64,000 nt of DNA from Acidobacteriota bacterium (GTDB lineage: Bacteria > Acidobacteriota > CAIWXX01), in NCBI GenBank assembly GCA_040755995.1, contig JBFMAF010000032.1:97306-161305 (forward strand), given 5' to 3'. This document shows, one piece after another, positions 17,204-26,576 of the stretch. Position numbers and translations under genes: made by a program. Position 1 is the first letter of the stretch; each line of letters starts with the position of its first letter. The notes under the pieces are model-generated. The model saw nothing but the letters and a program-made list of their open reading frames with translations. It did not search any database and was not told the origin of the DNA.

Positions 17204-18409
17204 TCAGCGCCTCCCGCGCGCCGGCAGCTCGATCTCTGAGGGTGTGATCGTAGAGGACTGACCCAGCAACACGGCACGCTCAATGACCGCCTGCAACTCG
17301 CGGACGTTGCCGGGCCAATGATATCCGCGGAGTCTCTCGATCGCCCCCGGTGAGAGCGACTTGGGCGGAAGCGAGTGCTGACACGATACCTTCTCGGTGA
17401 ACTGCGCCGCGAGGAGCTCGATGTCCTCACTCCGTTCCGCCAGCGGGGGGAGATCGATCTGTACGGCCGTGATGCGGTAGGAGAGATCCTGACGAAACAG
17501 GCGCGCGCGAACAGACTGCTGGATGTCTCGAGCCGTGGCCGCGATGATCCGGCAGTCGGCGGGCTCTGGACGGTTGCTGCCAAGGCGGCAGAAAGTCCGG
17601 TCCTCGATGACACGCAGGAGCTTGGCCTGGCAACCGAGCGGCATGTCGCAGATCTCATCGAGGAAGATTGTGCCGCCCCGAGCGTAGTGAAACAGCCCAT
17701 CCCGCGCCGCTCCTGCGCCCGCGAAGGCGCAAGCTTCGTGACCGAAGAGCTCGCTTTCGAGCAGCACGTCCGACAGAGTCATACACGGCACAGAAACGAA
17801 GCGATGATCCTTGCGCGGGCTGCAGATATGAAGGGCGTATGCAATCAGCTCCTTGCCGCTTCCGCTGGGGCCGGTGATGAGAACTGTGGCCGAGGTTCTC
17901 GACAAGCGCGCCACCTTGTCGAGCACATCCATGATCGCCGAACTCTGTCCCACGATACCGTGGCCCAAGAGCTGGACTTCGAAGTCGCGGAGCTTCCACG
18001 GTTGGGGCGCTGACTGAGCGATCGTCTTCTGAAGCGCGTCATCGTCGTCGGTTTCAGTCTGTGCCAGGACCATCTCCGTGGCGCCGACCGCGATGTGATC
18101 GTCGACATAGAGCCGGCGACGCTCGACCGGGTCCCCGTTCACGTAGGTTGCGTTGAGGCTGCCCAGGTCCTCGATCCAGATCTCCTCGCCGACATCGAGC
18201 GCGCAGTGGACACGCGAAGCCATCCCGTCCTCAAGACGCACGTCGGTTCCGACCGCTCGTCCGATGGTGTTGCGGCCCGTCTGCAGAGGCCACCGCCGAC
18301 CGCGGTCGTCCCCCGACAGCGCCTCCAACAAGTACCTCACAACCCGAGCCTCATTCTCTCTTGCAGTGTGATGGCACGACCATTGTGCATCGCTCGTGGG
18401 ATGTGCCAA
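17204..18409 (-). CDS. FHA domain plus sigma54-activator AAA+ domain protein, no C-terminal HTH
   Basis: FHA motifs IGR, SRVH, DLGSLN; GPSGSGKE, ESELFGH, FLDEI, WPGNVREL; GAFTGA is replaced by CAFAGA. Confidence 0.85.
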   Translation of the reverse strand: MAHPTSDAQWSCHHTARENEARVVRYLLEALSGDDRGRRWPLQTGRNTIGRAVGTDVRLEDGMASRVHCALDVGEEIWIEDLGSLNATYVNGDPVERRRLYVDDHIAVGATEMVLAQTETDDDDALQKTIAQSAPQPWKLRDFEVQLLGHGIVGQSSAIMDVLDKVARLSRTSATVLITGPSGSGKELIAYALHICSPRKDHRFVSVPCMTLSDVLLESELFGHEACAFAGAGAARDGLFHYARGGTIFLDEICDMPLGCQAKLLRVIEDRTFCRLGSNRPEPADCRIIAATARDIQQSVRARLFRQDLSYRITAVQIDLPPLAERSEDIELLAAQFTEKVSCQHSLPPKSLSPGAIERLRGYHWPGNVRELQAVIERAVLLGQSSTITPSEIELPARGRR

Positions 18410-18749
18410 GAGATACGAGACGCGGAAATCTCCGGCCTTGAGATGATGCCACCGGGTTGAAAAACTCCAGTATGAACTTGCGGCGATTGGCCGTAGATCA
18501 CGGTTAGAGGGTAAGGCTGAGGTCTCATGATGTCAAGTGCTCCTGCGGCCTTGCCGCCCCCCACTCTTGCGAACCGCTAGGCCGCAACTGTCTCTGGAGC
18601 GTGACATGCAGACTGATCCTGCGCAGAAAGGCGGCGCGTGCTGCAGAGTCGTGAGTGGTTTGGGAGCGAGAGCGAAGGATCGGAATCGCAGGGCGGGCAT
18701 ACGTGTGGTAGGATGCCGGGCATAGTAAGCGCGGAGGCGTAGTGGGGCG

Positions 18750-21700
18750 TTGAATACCAGCGTGTGGACCGGCGGCCGATCCTCCCTGAAGGCCGCCTCG
18801 GTTCCGTTGTTGGTCCTCGTTTCACTGGCGGGCGTGGTTCGCGCGGAGCGCCTTCCGATCAGGACCTACGGCATCGTCGACGGGTTATCGCGTAACCAGA
18901 TCAACGACATCATGCAGGACTCACGGGGCTACATCTGGTTCTGCACCAGCGACGGGGTGTCGAGGTTCGACGGCTACCAGTTCAGGAATTACGGCGGGAG
19001 CGACGGGCTGCCGAGCGGTCCCGCATTCGAGATGGTCGAGACCCACAACGGAGACTACTTTATTGCGGCATCGGACGAGCTCTACATCTTCGATCCACTG
19101 GCCTCGCGCCGGGTGCCACCGGGACGGCCATTCACCGAGTTCAAGATCACCGGCGTCGCTTCGCCGCAGAGCGTCAATGTGCTCTGCGCGGCGCCATCGG
19201 GTGTCGTCTGGTGCGGAGTCGACAGCGACCTGTATCGTCTGGATCGCGCCGGAGGGCTCTGGCGGGCGGAGAAGGTGGCAAGGGACGGCGCTCACGCCCC
19301 TCCGATCACCGCCCTGTTGGAAGGCAGCGATGGTACTCTCTGGATCGGCACCACCGAAGGCCTCTTCCGGAGGCAGCGCGACGGGGTGTGGGCGAACTGC
19401 GACCCGGGCGGTGCAGTTGGTGGAAGCCGGGTTCGCGCGCTGGCAGCCGATTCCTGGGGATTCGTGTGGGTTGGCACACAGACGCAGATTGCGCGCCTCC
19501 CCGCGAAGAACTCAACAGGCACGGCACGGCCGGCATCTTCGTTCGTGCTCGGCAAGGATCTTCCCGGCGTGTCCACTCGCTCGATCCTCGTGACCGACGG
19601 AATCGTCTGGGTGGGTACCATCGGCGGGCTCACGCGTTTCTCACTCGATGCGGCGGGGAACGTGAGCAGCATCCGGTCGTTCACCAGGGCCAACGGTCTA
19701 TCGCAGGAGGATCTCCAGGCACTCGCCGAGGACCGCGACGGCAACATCTGGGCCGGGACCGAGAACGGCGGCGCGATGAAGATCACTCCGCGCGGGCTCG
19801 TGTCGTATGACGAGCGGGATGGACTGAAGCAGACCCGGATCGCTGCGCTGTTCGAGGACCGGTCAGGGGAGTTGATCGCCTTCACCAGCTACTGGGGTCA
19901 CATCTTCTTCCATCGATGGGATGGGAGTCGCTTCGACGCGATCAGCCCCCTCGTACCCGGCGGCATTCGACACTCGGGCTGGGGCACTCACCAGGTGGCC
20001 CTGCAGGACTCCGCAGGGGAATGGTGGATGGGCACAGGCCAGGGACTCTATCGCTACCCGCGTCTCGACGACGTTGCTGCCCTCGCGCGAACCCCTCCGC
20101 GTGACGTCTACCGGTTCGCATTCATCGAATCGGGCATAGACGACGTCTTCAGGGTGTACGAGGATCGCCGGGGGGACATCTGGCTTAACGCCATGTCCAG
20201 CCAATCCCGTGAGTACACGTGGCGGTGGAGCCGGAAGGATTCCTCTCTGCGCCCGAACCGAGACGGGCTTCCCATCCATCACCCGACCGCCTTCGCCGAA
20301 GACGCTGCGGGTTCACTCTGGATCGGTTTCTATAACGGTGCGTGGCTGGCTCGGGTCCGCGGGGACCGGGTGGATCTCTTCACCGAGGCGGACGGTCTTC
20401 GAGACTCCTTTGCCTTTGACATCCACATCGACAGGTCGGGAGAGCTCTGGTTGGCGACCAGCGCCGGAGTGGCGCATTGCCGGAATCCGGGGGCCGACCA
20501 TCCACGGTTCGAGACGTGGTCGAAGATGGAGGGCCTGGCGAGCCACGACGTCAGGTGTATCGCCGAAGATCAGTACGGCCGGCTCTACTTCGGAAGCGGG
20601 CGCGGGATCACCCGGTTCGACCCGAGGACCGAGTCGATGCGTCACTACACGACCGATGACGGGCTGGCCAACCCCGAGGTGCTGGTGGCATATCGCGACC
20701 GCCACGACGACATCTGGTTCGGCACCGAGCAGGGCCTCTCGCGCCTCGTTCCCTCCGAGGACCCGCCGGCTCGGCCTCCGGCCGTCTACATCACGGCCGC
20801 CAGGTTCGGCGGCCAGCCCTATGGAATCTCTGAAACCGGCGATCTCGCCATCGGCCCCATGACACTCCAGCCCGGGCAGAACCGCGTCCAGATCGAGTTC
20901 GTGGGCATCGGCTTCGCTCCAGGCGAGTCCATGCGCTACCAGTACAGGCTCGACGGGCTCGACAGGGACTGGGGCGAGGCCACTGGGCGCCGCGCCGTTG
21001 ACTATGCCGGGCTTCGCCCAGGCGCGTACCGATTCGTCGTGCGCTCGGTTTCGAGCAGCGGACTGGTCAGCGATCGTCCCGCCAGTGCAAACTTCTCGAT
21101 CCTGCGGCCGCTCTGGCTTCGCTGGTGGTTTCTCGGGATCGCCGCGCTGGCGCTGGCGGCGGCCGTGTACGCCTACCACCATCTCCGAGTCCAGCGCCTG
21201 CGTATGATCGAACAGGTGCGCACACGGATAGCGACCGACCTGCACGACGACATAGGCTCGTCGCTCACGCAGATGTCGATCATGAGCGAAGTGGCGCGGC
21301 AGCAGCTTTCGGGAAGGGACGAGTCGGCATCGCAGATCGTCTCGAAAGTCGCCGAGACCAGTCGCGAGCTCGTTGACTCCATGAGCGACATCGTTTGGGC
21401 CATCAACCCGAAACGGGACTCGCTCCAGGACCTGGTCTACCGCATGCACCGGCTTGCGAGCGATGTGCTAACTGCGAGGGACGTGTCGTTCGACTTCGCT
21501 GCCGAGGGGCGAATCGACACGACCACACTGAGCCCGGGCTCCCGGCGCGACATCTTCCTGATCTACAAGGAGGCGCTCAACAACGTCGCGCGGCACTCGC
21601 AATGCACGGAGGTGCAGATCTCCATCGCGGCCGATGGGTCGTGGCTCGACATCAGGCTCCGGGACAACGGGCGCGGGTTCGACCCCTCCGCAACCTACGA

Positions 21701-21830
21701 CGGGAACGGCATGGGAAGCATGCGGAGCCGCGCAGCGTCGCTCGGCGGCAACATCCAGATCACGTCGGCAACGGGCAAGGGCTCCGACGTACACGCCAGG
21801 ATTCCGCTGAAACAACGCGGGACCGCGTGA
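18750..21830 (+). CDS. sensor histidine kinase with periplasmic beta-propeller (Reg_prop) and Y_Y_Y domains, HisKA_3 type
   Basis: Repeated D-x-x-G-x-IW-x-GT and DGL motifs, YQYRLDG, TM helix, RIATDLHDDIGS, EALNNVARH, DNGRGF. Confidence 0.93.
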   Translation: MNTSVWTGGRSSLKAASVPLLVLVSLAGVVRAERLPIRTYGIVDGLSRNQINDIMQDSRGYIWFCTSDGVSRFDGYQFRNYGGSDGLPSGPAFEMVETHNGDYFIAASDELYIFDPLASRRVPPGRPFTEFKITGVASPQSVNVLCAAPSGVVWCGVDSDLYRLDRAGGLWRAEKVARDGAHAPPITALLEGSDGTLWIGTTEGLFRRQRDGVWANCDPGGAVGGSRVRALAADSWGFVWVGTQTQIARLPAKNSTGTARPASSFVLGKDLPGVSTRSILVTDGIVWVGTIGGLTRFSLDAAGNVSSIRSFTRANGLSQEDLQALAEDRDGNIWAGTENGGAMKITPRGLVSYDERDGLKQTRIAALFEDRSGELIAFTSYWGHIFFHRWDGSRFDAISPLVPGGIRHSGWGTHQVALQDSAGEWWMGTGQGLYRYPRLDDVAALARTPPRDVYRFAFIESGIDDVFRVYEDRRGDIWLNAMSSQSREYTWRWSRKDSSLRPNRDGLPIHHPTAFAEDAAGSLWIGFYNGAWLARVRGDRVDLFTEADGLRDSFAFDIHIDRSGELWLATSAGVAHCRNPGADHPRFETWSKMEGLASHDVRCIAEDQYGRLYFGSGRGITRFDPRTESMRHYTTDDGLANPEVLVAYRDRHDDIWFGTEQGLSRLVPSEDPPARPPAVYITAARFGGQPYGISETGDLAIGPMTLQPGQNRVQIEFVGIGFAPGESMRYQYRLDGLDRDWGEATGRRAVDYAGLRPGAYRFVVRSVSSSGLVSDRPASANFSILRPLWLRWWFLGIAALALAAAVYAYHHLRVQRLRMIEQVRTRIATDLHDDIGSSLTQMSIMSEVARQQLSGRDESASQIVSKVAETSRELVDSMSDIVWAINPKRDSLQDLVYRMHRLASDVLTARDVSFDFAAEGRIDTTTLSPGSRRDIFLIYKEALNNVARHSQCTEVQISIAADGSWLDIRLRDNGRGFDPSATYDGNGMGSMRSRAASLGGNIQITSATGKGSDVHARIPLKQRGTA

Positions 21831-21846
21831 CAGGATGGCTGTGATA

Positions 21847-21891
21847 CCTACACAAGTGTGTAGTGACGAAAGACGCCTGACCGCCTAAGAT
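21847..21891 (+). promoter_or_regulatory. palindromic operator overlapping the -35 of the response regulator promoter
   Basis: CTACAC-AAGT-GTGTAG, then GTGACG-17 bp-TAAGAT. Confidence 0.65.
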
Positions 21892-21910
21892 ATGCGGTGG
21901 AGGCACGGTT

Positions 21911-22603
21911 GTGAACGCAGAAGAGACCCACGCGGCGTTGACTGAGCGGGAAGCTGCGAGCGCCGGTCTGACGAAGATCGTCATCATCGAGGACCGGCGG
22001 GAGATCCGCGAGGGGCTCCGCATACTTCTCGACGGCACCCCAGGCTACCGCTGCGTGGCGGCATTCCGATCGATGGAGGATGCAATACCTGCTATCGACG
22101 GGCTCAGGCCGGACGTGGCGCTGGTCGACATTGGGCTGCCCGGAATGTCCGGGATCGAAGGAATCCGGCATCTGAAGGAGTCTTATGCCGCGCTGCTTCT
22201 GATCATGCTCACGGTCTACGAGGACGACGACCGGATCTTCGACGCCATATGCGCGGGCGCGCATGGCTATCTCCTGAAGAAGACCCCGCCGGCGAGGCTG
22301 CTGGAGAGCATACAGGAGGTCCGGGCGGGCGGGTCGCCGATGTCGCCCGAGGTCGCGAGGCGCGTGCTGACGATGTTCCGCGACGGGCCGCTGCGGTCCT
22401 CCAACGAATACGGGCTGACGCCGCACGAGATCCGGGTCCTGCAGATGCTCGCGAGCGGCCACAACCGCAAGACGGCCGCACGGGCGCTGGACGTGAGCGT
22501 GCACGCGGTTTCTTTCCATCTGAGAAGCATCTACGACAAGCTTCACGTGAGCTCGAAATCGGCCGCGATCGCGAAGGCGATCCGGGAGAAGATCGTCAGG
22601 TAG
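21911..22603 (+). CDS. NarL/LuxR family response regulator
   Basis: Receiver motifs IIED, VDIGLPG, GYLLK; C-terminal LuxR HTH (LTPHE...IYDKLHV). Confidence 0.93.
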   Translation: MNAEETHAALTEREAASAGLTKIVIIEDRREIREGLRILLDGTPGYRCVAAFRSMEDAIPAIDGLRPDVALVDIGLPGMSGIEGIRHLKESYAALLLIMLTVYEDDDRIFDAICAGAHGYLLKKTPPARLLESIQEVRAGGSPMSPEVARRVLTMFRDGPLRSSNEYGLTPHEIRVLQMLASGHNRKTAARALDVSVHAVSFHLRSIYDKLHVSSKSAAIAKAIREKIVR

Positions 22604-22703
22604 CAGACCGGCGTCGCCACCGGAGCGATGCAGCGCGGCAGCGCCTTCGCCTTCGCCTTCGCACGCTCGCGCCATCAGCCCCAATCTATCGCGCGGTGAG
22701 AAT

Positions 22704-22748
22704 CCTGCACGAGTGTGCAGTGACGACGCGCGGGAGGCGCTCTATCTT
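22704..22748 (+). promoter_or_regulatory. second copy of the operator/promoter, upstream of the Cys-repeat genes
   Basis: CTGCAC-GAGT-GTGCAG, then GTGACG-17 bp-TATCTT; 19/22 identical to 21847-21868. Confidence 0.65.
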
Positions 22749-22855
22749 TGACGCATGACAGGATGCTTGGACGGGAGCAGCAGGAGGGACAGGAAGTCCA
22801 GCCCCGGCGTGATCGAGGAGATGAATCGGCGATTATTCATAGAGGAGGTCAAGCA

Positions 22856-23638
22856 ATGAACAAGCGTACGATCCTGGCACTCCTGGCGGCCTCGGGCCTG
22901 ATGGTGTGCCTCTCGTTCGCCCAGGAGGTTGTCCAATTGGATGGGGCCACGCTGGGCAACACTCAGACCGGTTGGAGATGGTGCAGCAAGTGCGACGGCT
23001 TGCACTTCATCTTAAACGGCCTCGGCCCCTGTCCCGCGGGGGGCACGCACAGCACGAGCGGGAGCGGCACGTACGTGCTCATCAACAACAATCCCATCGC
23101 CGGCTACTCAGACGACTGGCGCTACTGCTACCGGTGCAAGGGGCTGTGCAATCTCTCCTCTGGCTCGGGTGCCTGTCCTGCCGGTGGCACACACGATGCC
23201 ACCGGGAGCGGTCACTACAGCCTCATATCAGAATTCCAGGCACCGCTGGGGCAAAGCAGTTGGGAATGGTGCGCCAGGTGCCGCGGTCTCTACTATGCCG
23301 GTAGTATTCCTCACGGAGTCTGCCCCGCGGGTGGCCAGCATGGCGCCCCGTTCGGTCCGGGCGACTACGTCCTGTCGACCGAATCCAAGCTCCCCACCCT
23401 CTTCGGTCATGTGTACACCTCCACCTACGCGAGGGTAGCCAATGCACAGGTTCAGGCAACCAAGGGCGGCACCACTCTCAAGACCAAGACAGCGGCCGAC
23501 GGGAGCTACTGCTTCACCGGGATCACTTTGGGCAAGAACACGATCAAGGCCAGCAAGAGGAAAGTCGGTGATGCGACCGGAACGGTCAGGATCAAGAGCG
23601 GCGACGCGAAATACATCCGCCTCGTCCTGGAGAAATGA
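22856..23638 (+). CDS. secreted protein with three WxxCxxCxGL...CPAGGxH repeats and a carboxypeptidase-regulatory-like beta-sandwich
   Basis: RBS GGAGGT, signal peptide ending SFA-Q, three repeats, C-terminal T-x-A-D-G-S-Y-x-F. Confidence 0.8.
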   Translation: MNKRTILALLAASGLMVCLSFAQEVVQLDGATLGNTQTGWRWCSKCDGLHFILNGLGPCPAGGTHSTSGSGTYVLINNNPIAGYSDDWRYCYRCKGLCNLSSGSGACPAGGTHDATGSGHYSLISEFQAPLGQSSWEWCARCRGLYYAGSIPHGVCPAGGQHGAPFGPGDYVLSTESKLPTLFGHVYTSTYARVANAQVQATKGGTTLKTKTAADGSYCFTGITLGKNTIKASKRKVGDATGTVRIKSGDAKYIRLVLEK

Positions 23639-23820
23639 CGCTGTTTCCTCCGAGAGGCGTCGCCCCGCGGGCCTCCGGGCATCACCGGAGCGCTCCTGCG
23701 GCGACGCCTCGCCTCCACACATCACGGCGAACTGCTCGGCGTGTCTCGCCCGATGATGCAGGCGCGCCGCCCATCATGATTGACGAACAACAGATATGTT
23801 CAGGAACAGAAAGGAGAACG

Positions 23821-24600
23821 ATGATGACGGTCAGGTACATTCTCGTGGCACTATTTGCGACCTTCTGCCTTGTGACAGGCATCTCAGTCGCTCAGGAGCT
23901 CGCGTTGAACCATGACATCGCCATGGGCGGCCAGACCAATTGGAAGTGGTGCAGCAAGTGTGAGGGGCTGCACTACGTCGCGAACGCCTTGGGGGTATGT
24001 CCGGCAGGAGGGACACACGACGACGCCGGAACGAACCTCATGCTCATCAAGGATGTGCCGAGTGCTGACGGCCAGCACGGGTGGAGGCTCTGCAGCAAGT
24101 GCACCGGGCTCTTCCACGAGCACGAAGACTCCAAGGGTGTCTGCCCTGCCGGGGACGCTCACGACAGCACGGGCAGCGGTGACTATTGCCTGGCTTTCAA
24201 CAGCTCCAAGTCAGCGGGCCAGCACAATTGGTGGTGGTGCTACAAGTGCCGCGGCCTCTTCTACGAGAAGCTGGCCGGGGATGCGTCAGGCTCCGCCAAT
24301 CTGAAGGTGGGTGATGTCAAGAGCGTCGGCCTGGTTCTGAGCGGCGATCCGAACCTGGGCGTGTGCCCAGCCGGCGAACAGCACGATCGAGGGAGCACCA
24401 ACTACACAGTGTTCTACGTACCGCAAAGTGCAGTTCTGTGCGGCAAGGTAACCGACTCAGCAGGGAAGAGCGTAGCCGACGCGATCGTGGAGATCAAGGG
24501 CGGCACGGGGACCAAGAAGACCAAGACTGCTCCCGACGGGAGCTTCGGATTCACGGGACTGGGAAACGGCAAGTACACGATCGAAGTCACAAAGAAGTAG
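23821..24600 (+). CDS. paralogous secreted Cys/His-repeat protein
   Basis: RBS AAGGAG, signal peptide ending SVA-Q, three repeats, C-terminal GKVTD...DGSFGFTGL. Confidence 0.8.
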   Translation: MMTVRYILVALFATFCLVTGISVAQELALNHDIAMGGQTNWKWCSKCEGLHYVANALGVCPAGGTHDDAGTNLMLIKDVPSADGQHGWRLCSKCTGLFHEHEDSKGVCPAGDAHDSTGSGDYCLAFNSSKSAGQHNWWWCYKCRGLFYEKLAGDASGSANLKVGDVKSVGLVLSGDPNLGVCPAGEQHDRGSTNYTVFYVPQSAVLCGKVTDSAGKSVADAIVEIKGGTGTKKTKTAPDGSFGFTGLGNGKYTIEVTKK

Positions 24601-24710
24601 GTTGTGGCAGACGAGTGCAATCACTTGAGCAGGCCGATTATGCCGCTGGGCAAGCGTAATGGCGCTTGCCAGCGTCGCGTTCGGTATTCAACCTGAAAGG
24701 GAGGTCCAGA

Positions 24711-25703
24711 ATGAACAAGAGCCTGAGCGGTCTGTGCTGTATGCTGCTCGTTGCGTGCGCTTTCGCCGCGCACGCCGCCGAGAACTACTATGTGCCGCTC
24801 ATTCGTGGACAGGCGGACGACACGTGCGATCTGTATTGGATGAAGTTGAACCAGGATGGCAAGCTCGTCAGGGCGATTCGGCTCATCCGGGATAGTGCGG
24901 GCAAGATCGAGTCCGCTGCGATCGTGCCGCAAGGGAACAAGATGCTCTACACCGAGCGCCAGCTGGGAAATGACTTCAGCCAGATCTACTCTCTGGGCCT
25001 GAATCCCAAGAACGGAAAGGTGACCAGCGGGCCGGTGGCGCTGACGTCGGGATCGACTTACTGGCATTACGGAGTAAGCACGTCACAAGATGGGCGCAAG
25101 TTCGTGTACCAACGCTATCCTGTTTCTCCGTGGGGCGATGCTGAAATGCTGCTGCGGAAATTCAAGAAGAACGGTGTACTCGCGCCCAGGGCCGTTCCGA
25201 TCCCGTCAGCCTCGGAATCCGGGTGGCCGCCGGTCATCACAGAGGACGGGAAATACGTCTATTACGGCGTCAGGGGCGGCGACGACAATATCTACGTCCA
25301 AGCGCTAAATGCGAATGGAACGCCGACAGGTGCACCACAGATCGCTCTGAGCGGCCCACCCTGCGGATATCCTTGGCTAGCAAGGATTGATGCCGGGCGG
25401 GCATGGATGTCCTACGTTTGTTTTGGTCCGCCAAATCCCGATACCGTTTATCTGACGCGGCTCTCCCCGTCGGGTCAAGCAACTGGTACGCCCGTCAAGC
25501 TCGTCGATCCCGCTCCAGGAACGTTCGTCTACGGAGGGATCACGCGGAATCCACGGATCCTCATCTACACCTTGGACCAAACGACGACCTGGACGGTGTA
25601 CTCACAGAAGCTCGATGCCAACGGCAATCCAGTGGGTGCGCCCATCGTGCTGTCGCCGGCCACGGATCGCACGCAGGCGGCGTGGATTGTTCCAATAGGC
25701 TAG
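24711..25703 (+). CDS. secreted beta-propeller-like (TolB/WD40-like) hypothetical protein
   Basis: RBS GGAGGT, signal peptide ending AHA-A, repeated DG-K-x-V-Y and L-x-A-N-G-x-P-x-G-A-P motifs. Confidence 0.65.
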   Translation: MNKSLSGLCCMLLVACAFAAHAAENYYVPLIRGQADDTCDLYWMKLNQDGKLVRAIRLIRDSAGKIESAAIVPQGNKMLYTERQLGNDFSQIYSLGLNPKNGKVTSGPVALTSGSTYWHYGVSTSQDGRKFVYQRYPVSPWGDAEMLLRKFKKNGVLAPRAVPIPSASESGWPPVITEDGKYVYYGVRGGDDNIYVQALNANGTPTGAPQIALSGPPCGYPWLARIDAGRAWMSYVCFGPPNPDTVYLTRLSPSGQATGTPVKLVDPAPGTFVYGGITRNPRILIYTLDQTTTWTVYSQKLDANGNPVGAPIVLSPATDRTQAAWIVPIG

Positions 25704-25751
25704 CAGCATCCGGCTCGTACTTGCGGGCAGGGGGCGGGTGGCCAACCGCCC

Positions 25752-26029
25752 CTGCGCGCGCAGGCGACGATATCGCCTGCCTCGCCGCGGGCCCCTCCTC
25801 GCTAGGACTGCCTGCCGTTCGCCCCAGCGGAGTCTCTCCGCAATTTCCAGGCAATCTTCATCGAGGAGGTCGCTTTGTCCCGCATGGCCCTAATGGCTTC
25901 CAACGCTGCCGAGCAGTCGCGTCGGGGAGGAGCAATTGGAGAAGGCTGAAAGGATACTGGCCATACGGCTTCTGGATCGATCCTGGTCGGACCACCTGGC
26001 GGCGATCGAAGACATACGAGAAGGCATCC
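25752..26029 (+). pseudogene. internally deleted relic of a second uORF-secA2 locus
   Basis: 25752-25911 resembles 7261-7421; 25925-26029 resembles ~9368-9471 (EEQLEKAERILAIRLLDRSWSDHLAAIEDIREGI). Confidence 0.85.
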
Positions 26030-26143
26030 GGGCACCCTCCACTCTGGACCTGTGGCCGTGGTCGGTGGTTCATGGATAGAACCTAGGCCTGCGGTGTGTC
26101 CATGTCAAGAACCGCTGGACCGCTGAAACGCTTTCAGCCGTAC

Positions 26144-26172
26144 TTGACACCAACGCACCTCGGCCCTATCCT
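26144..26172 (+). promoter_or_regulatory. sigma70-like promoter
   Basis: TTGACA-17 bp-TATCCT; inverted repeat GCTGAAA-CGC-TTTCAGC just upstream. Confidence 0.6.
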
Positions 26173-26357
26173 CCAGCCGTGATGGATTGTCATCACGGCA
26201 GGTTCACCCTCATACGCGCCCGTCCTCCGCTCCGGGGGCGGAGGGCGGCTGCCGGTGCTTGCGTCTCCGTGCTGGAGTTAGAACTCCAGTAGTAATCCTT
26301 CCCACTGGTTGGAGGAGCGAGTTCCTATGAAGCGACCCCGTAACTGAGGAGAAGCAG

Positions 26358-26576
26358 ATGCGTCGTGCCATGCGGCTCGCAGGCTATGGTGTTCTGGCGC
26401 TGGCGCTCGCCGTCGCCGCTCTCCTCTTTCTTCACTACGTGCCGTTTGCCGCGGCGAGCTTCGCCGTATGCCTTCTGAAGTACGTCCACATCCTTGCTGG
26501 TTCGGCCGATTCTCAGCTGCGCCGGAGGAAATATCTGATGCCCTACCCCCACCTCAGAGGGCCCAGAAGACTCTGA
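26358..26576 (+). CDS. small hydrophobic hypothetical protein
   Basis: RBS GAGGAG, 72 aa, long hydrophobic stretch. Confidence 0.45.
   Translation: MRRAMRLAGYGVLALALAVAALLFLHYVPFAAASFAVCLLKYVHILAGSADSQLRRRKYLMPYPHLRGPRRL

Noticed and set aside
22856..24600. CxxC motifs as multiheme cytochrome c sites
   Set aside because: None is CxxCH; the conserved His lies far downstream, after CPAG
26358..26576. C-terminal LRGPRRL as a second arrest motif
   Set aside because: It is RGPR, not RGPP or RAPP, and no co-oriented gene follows
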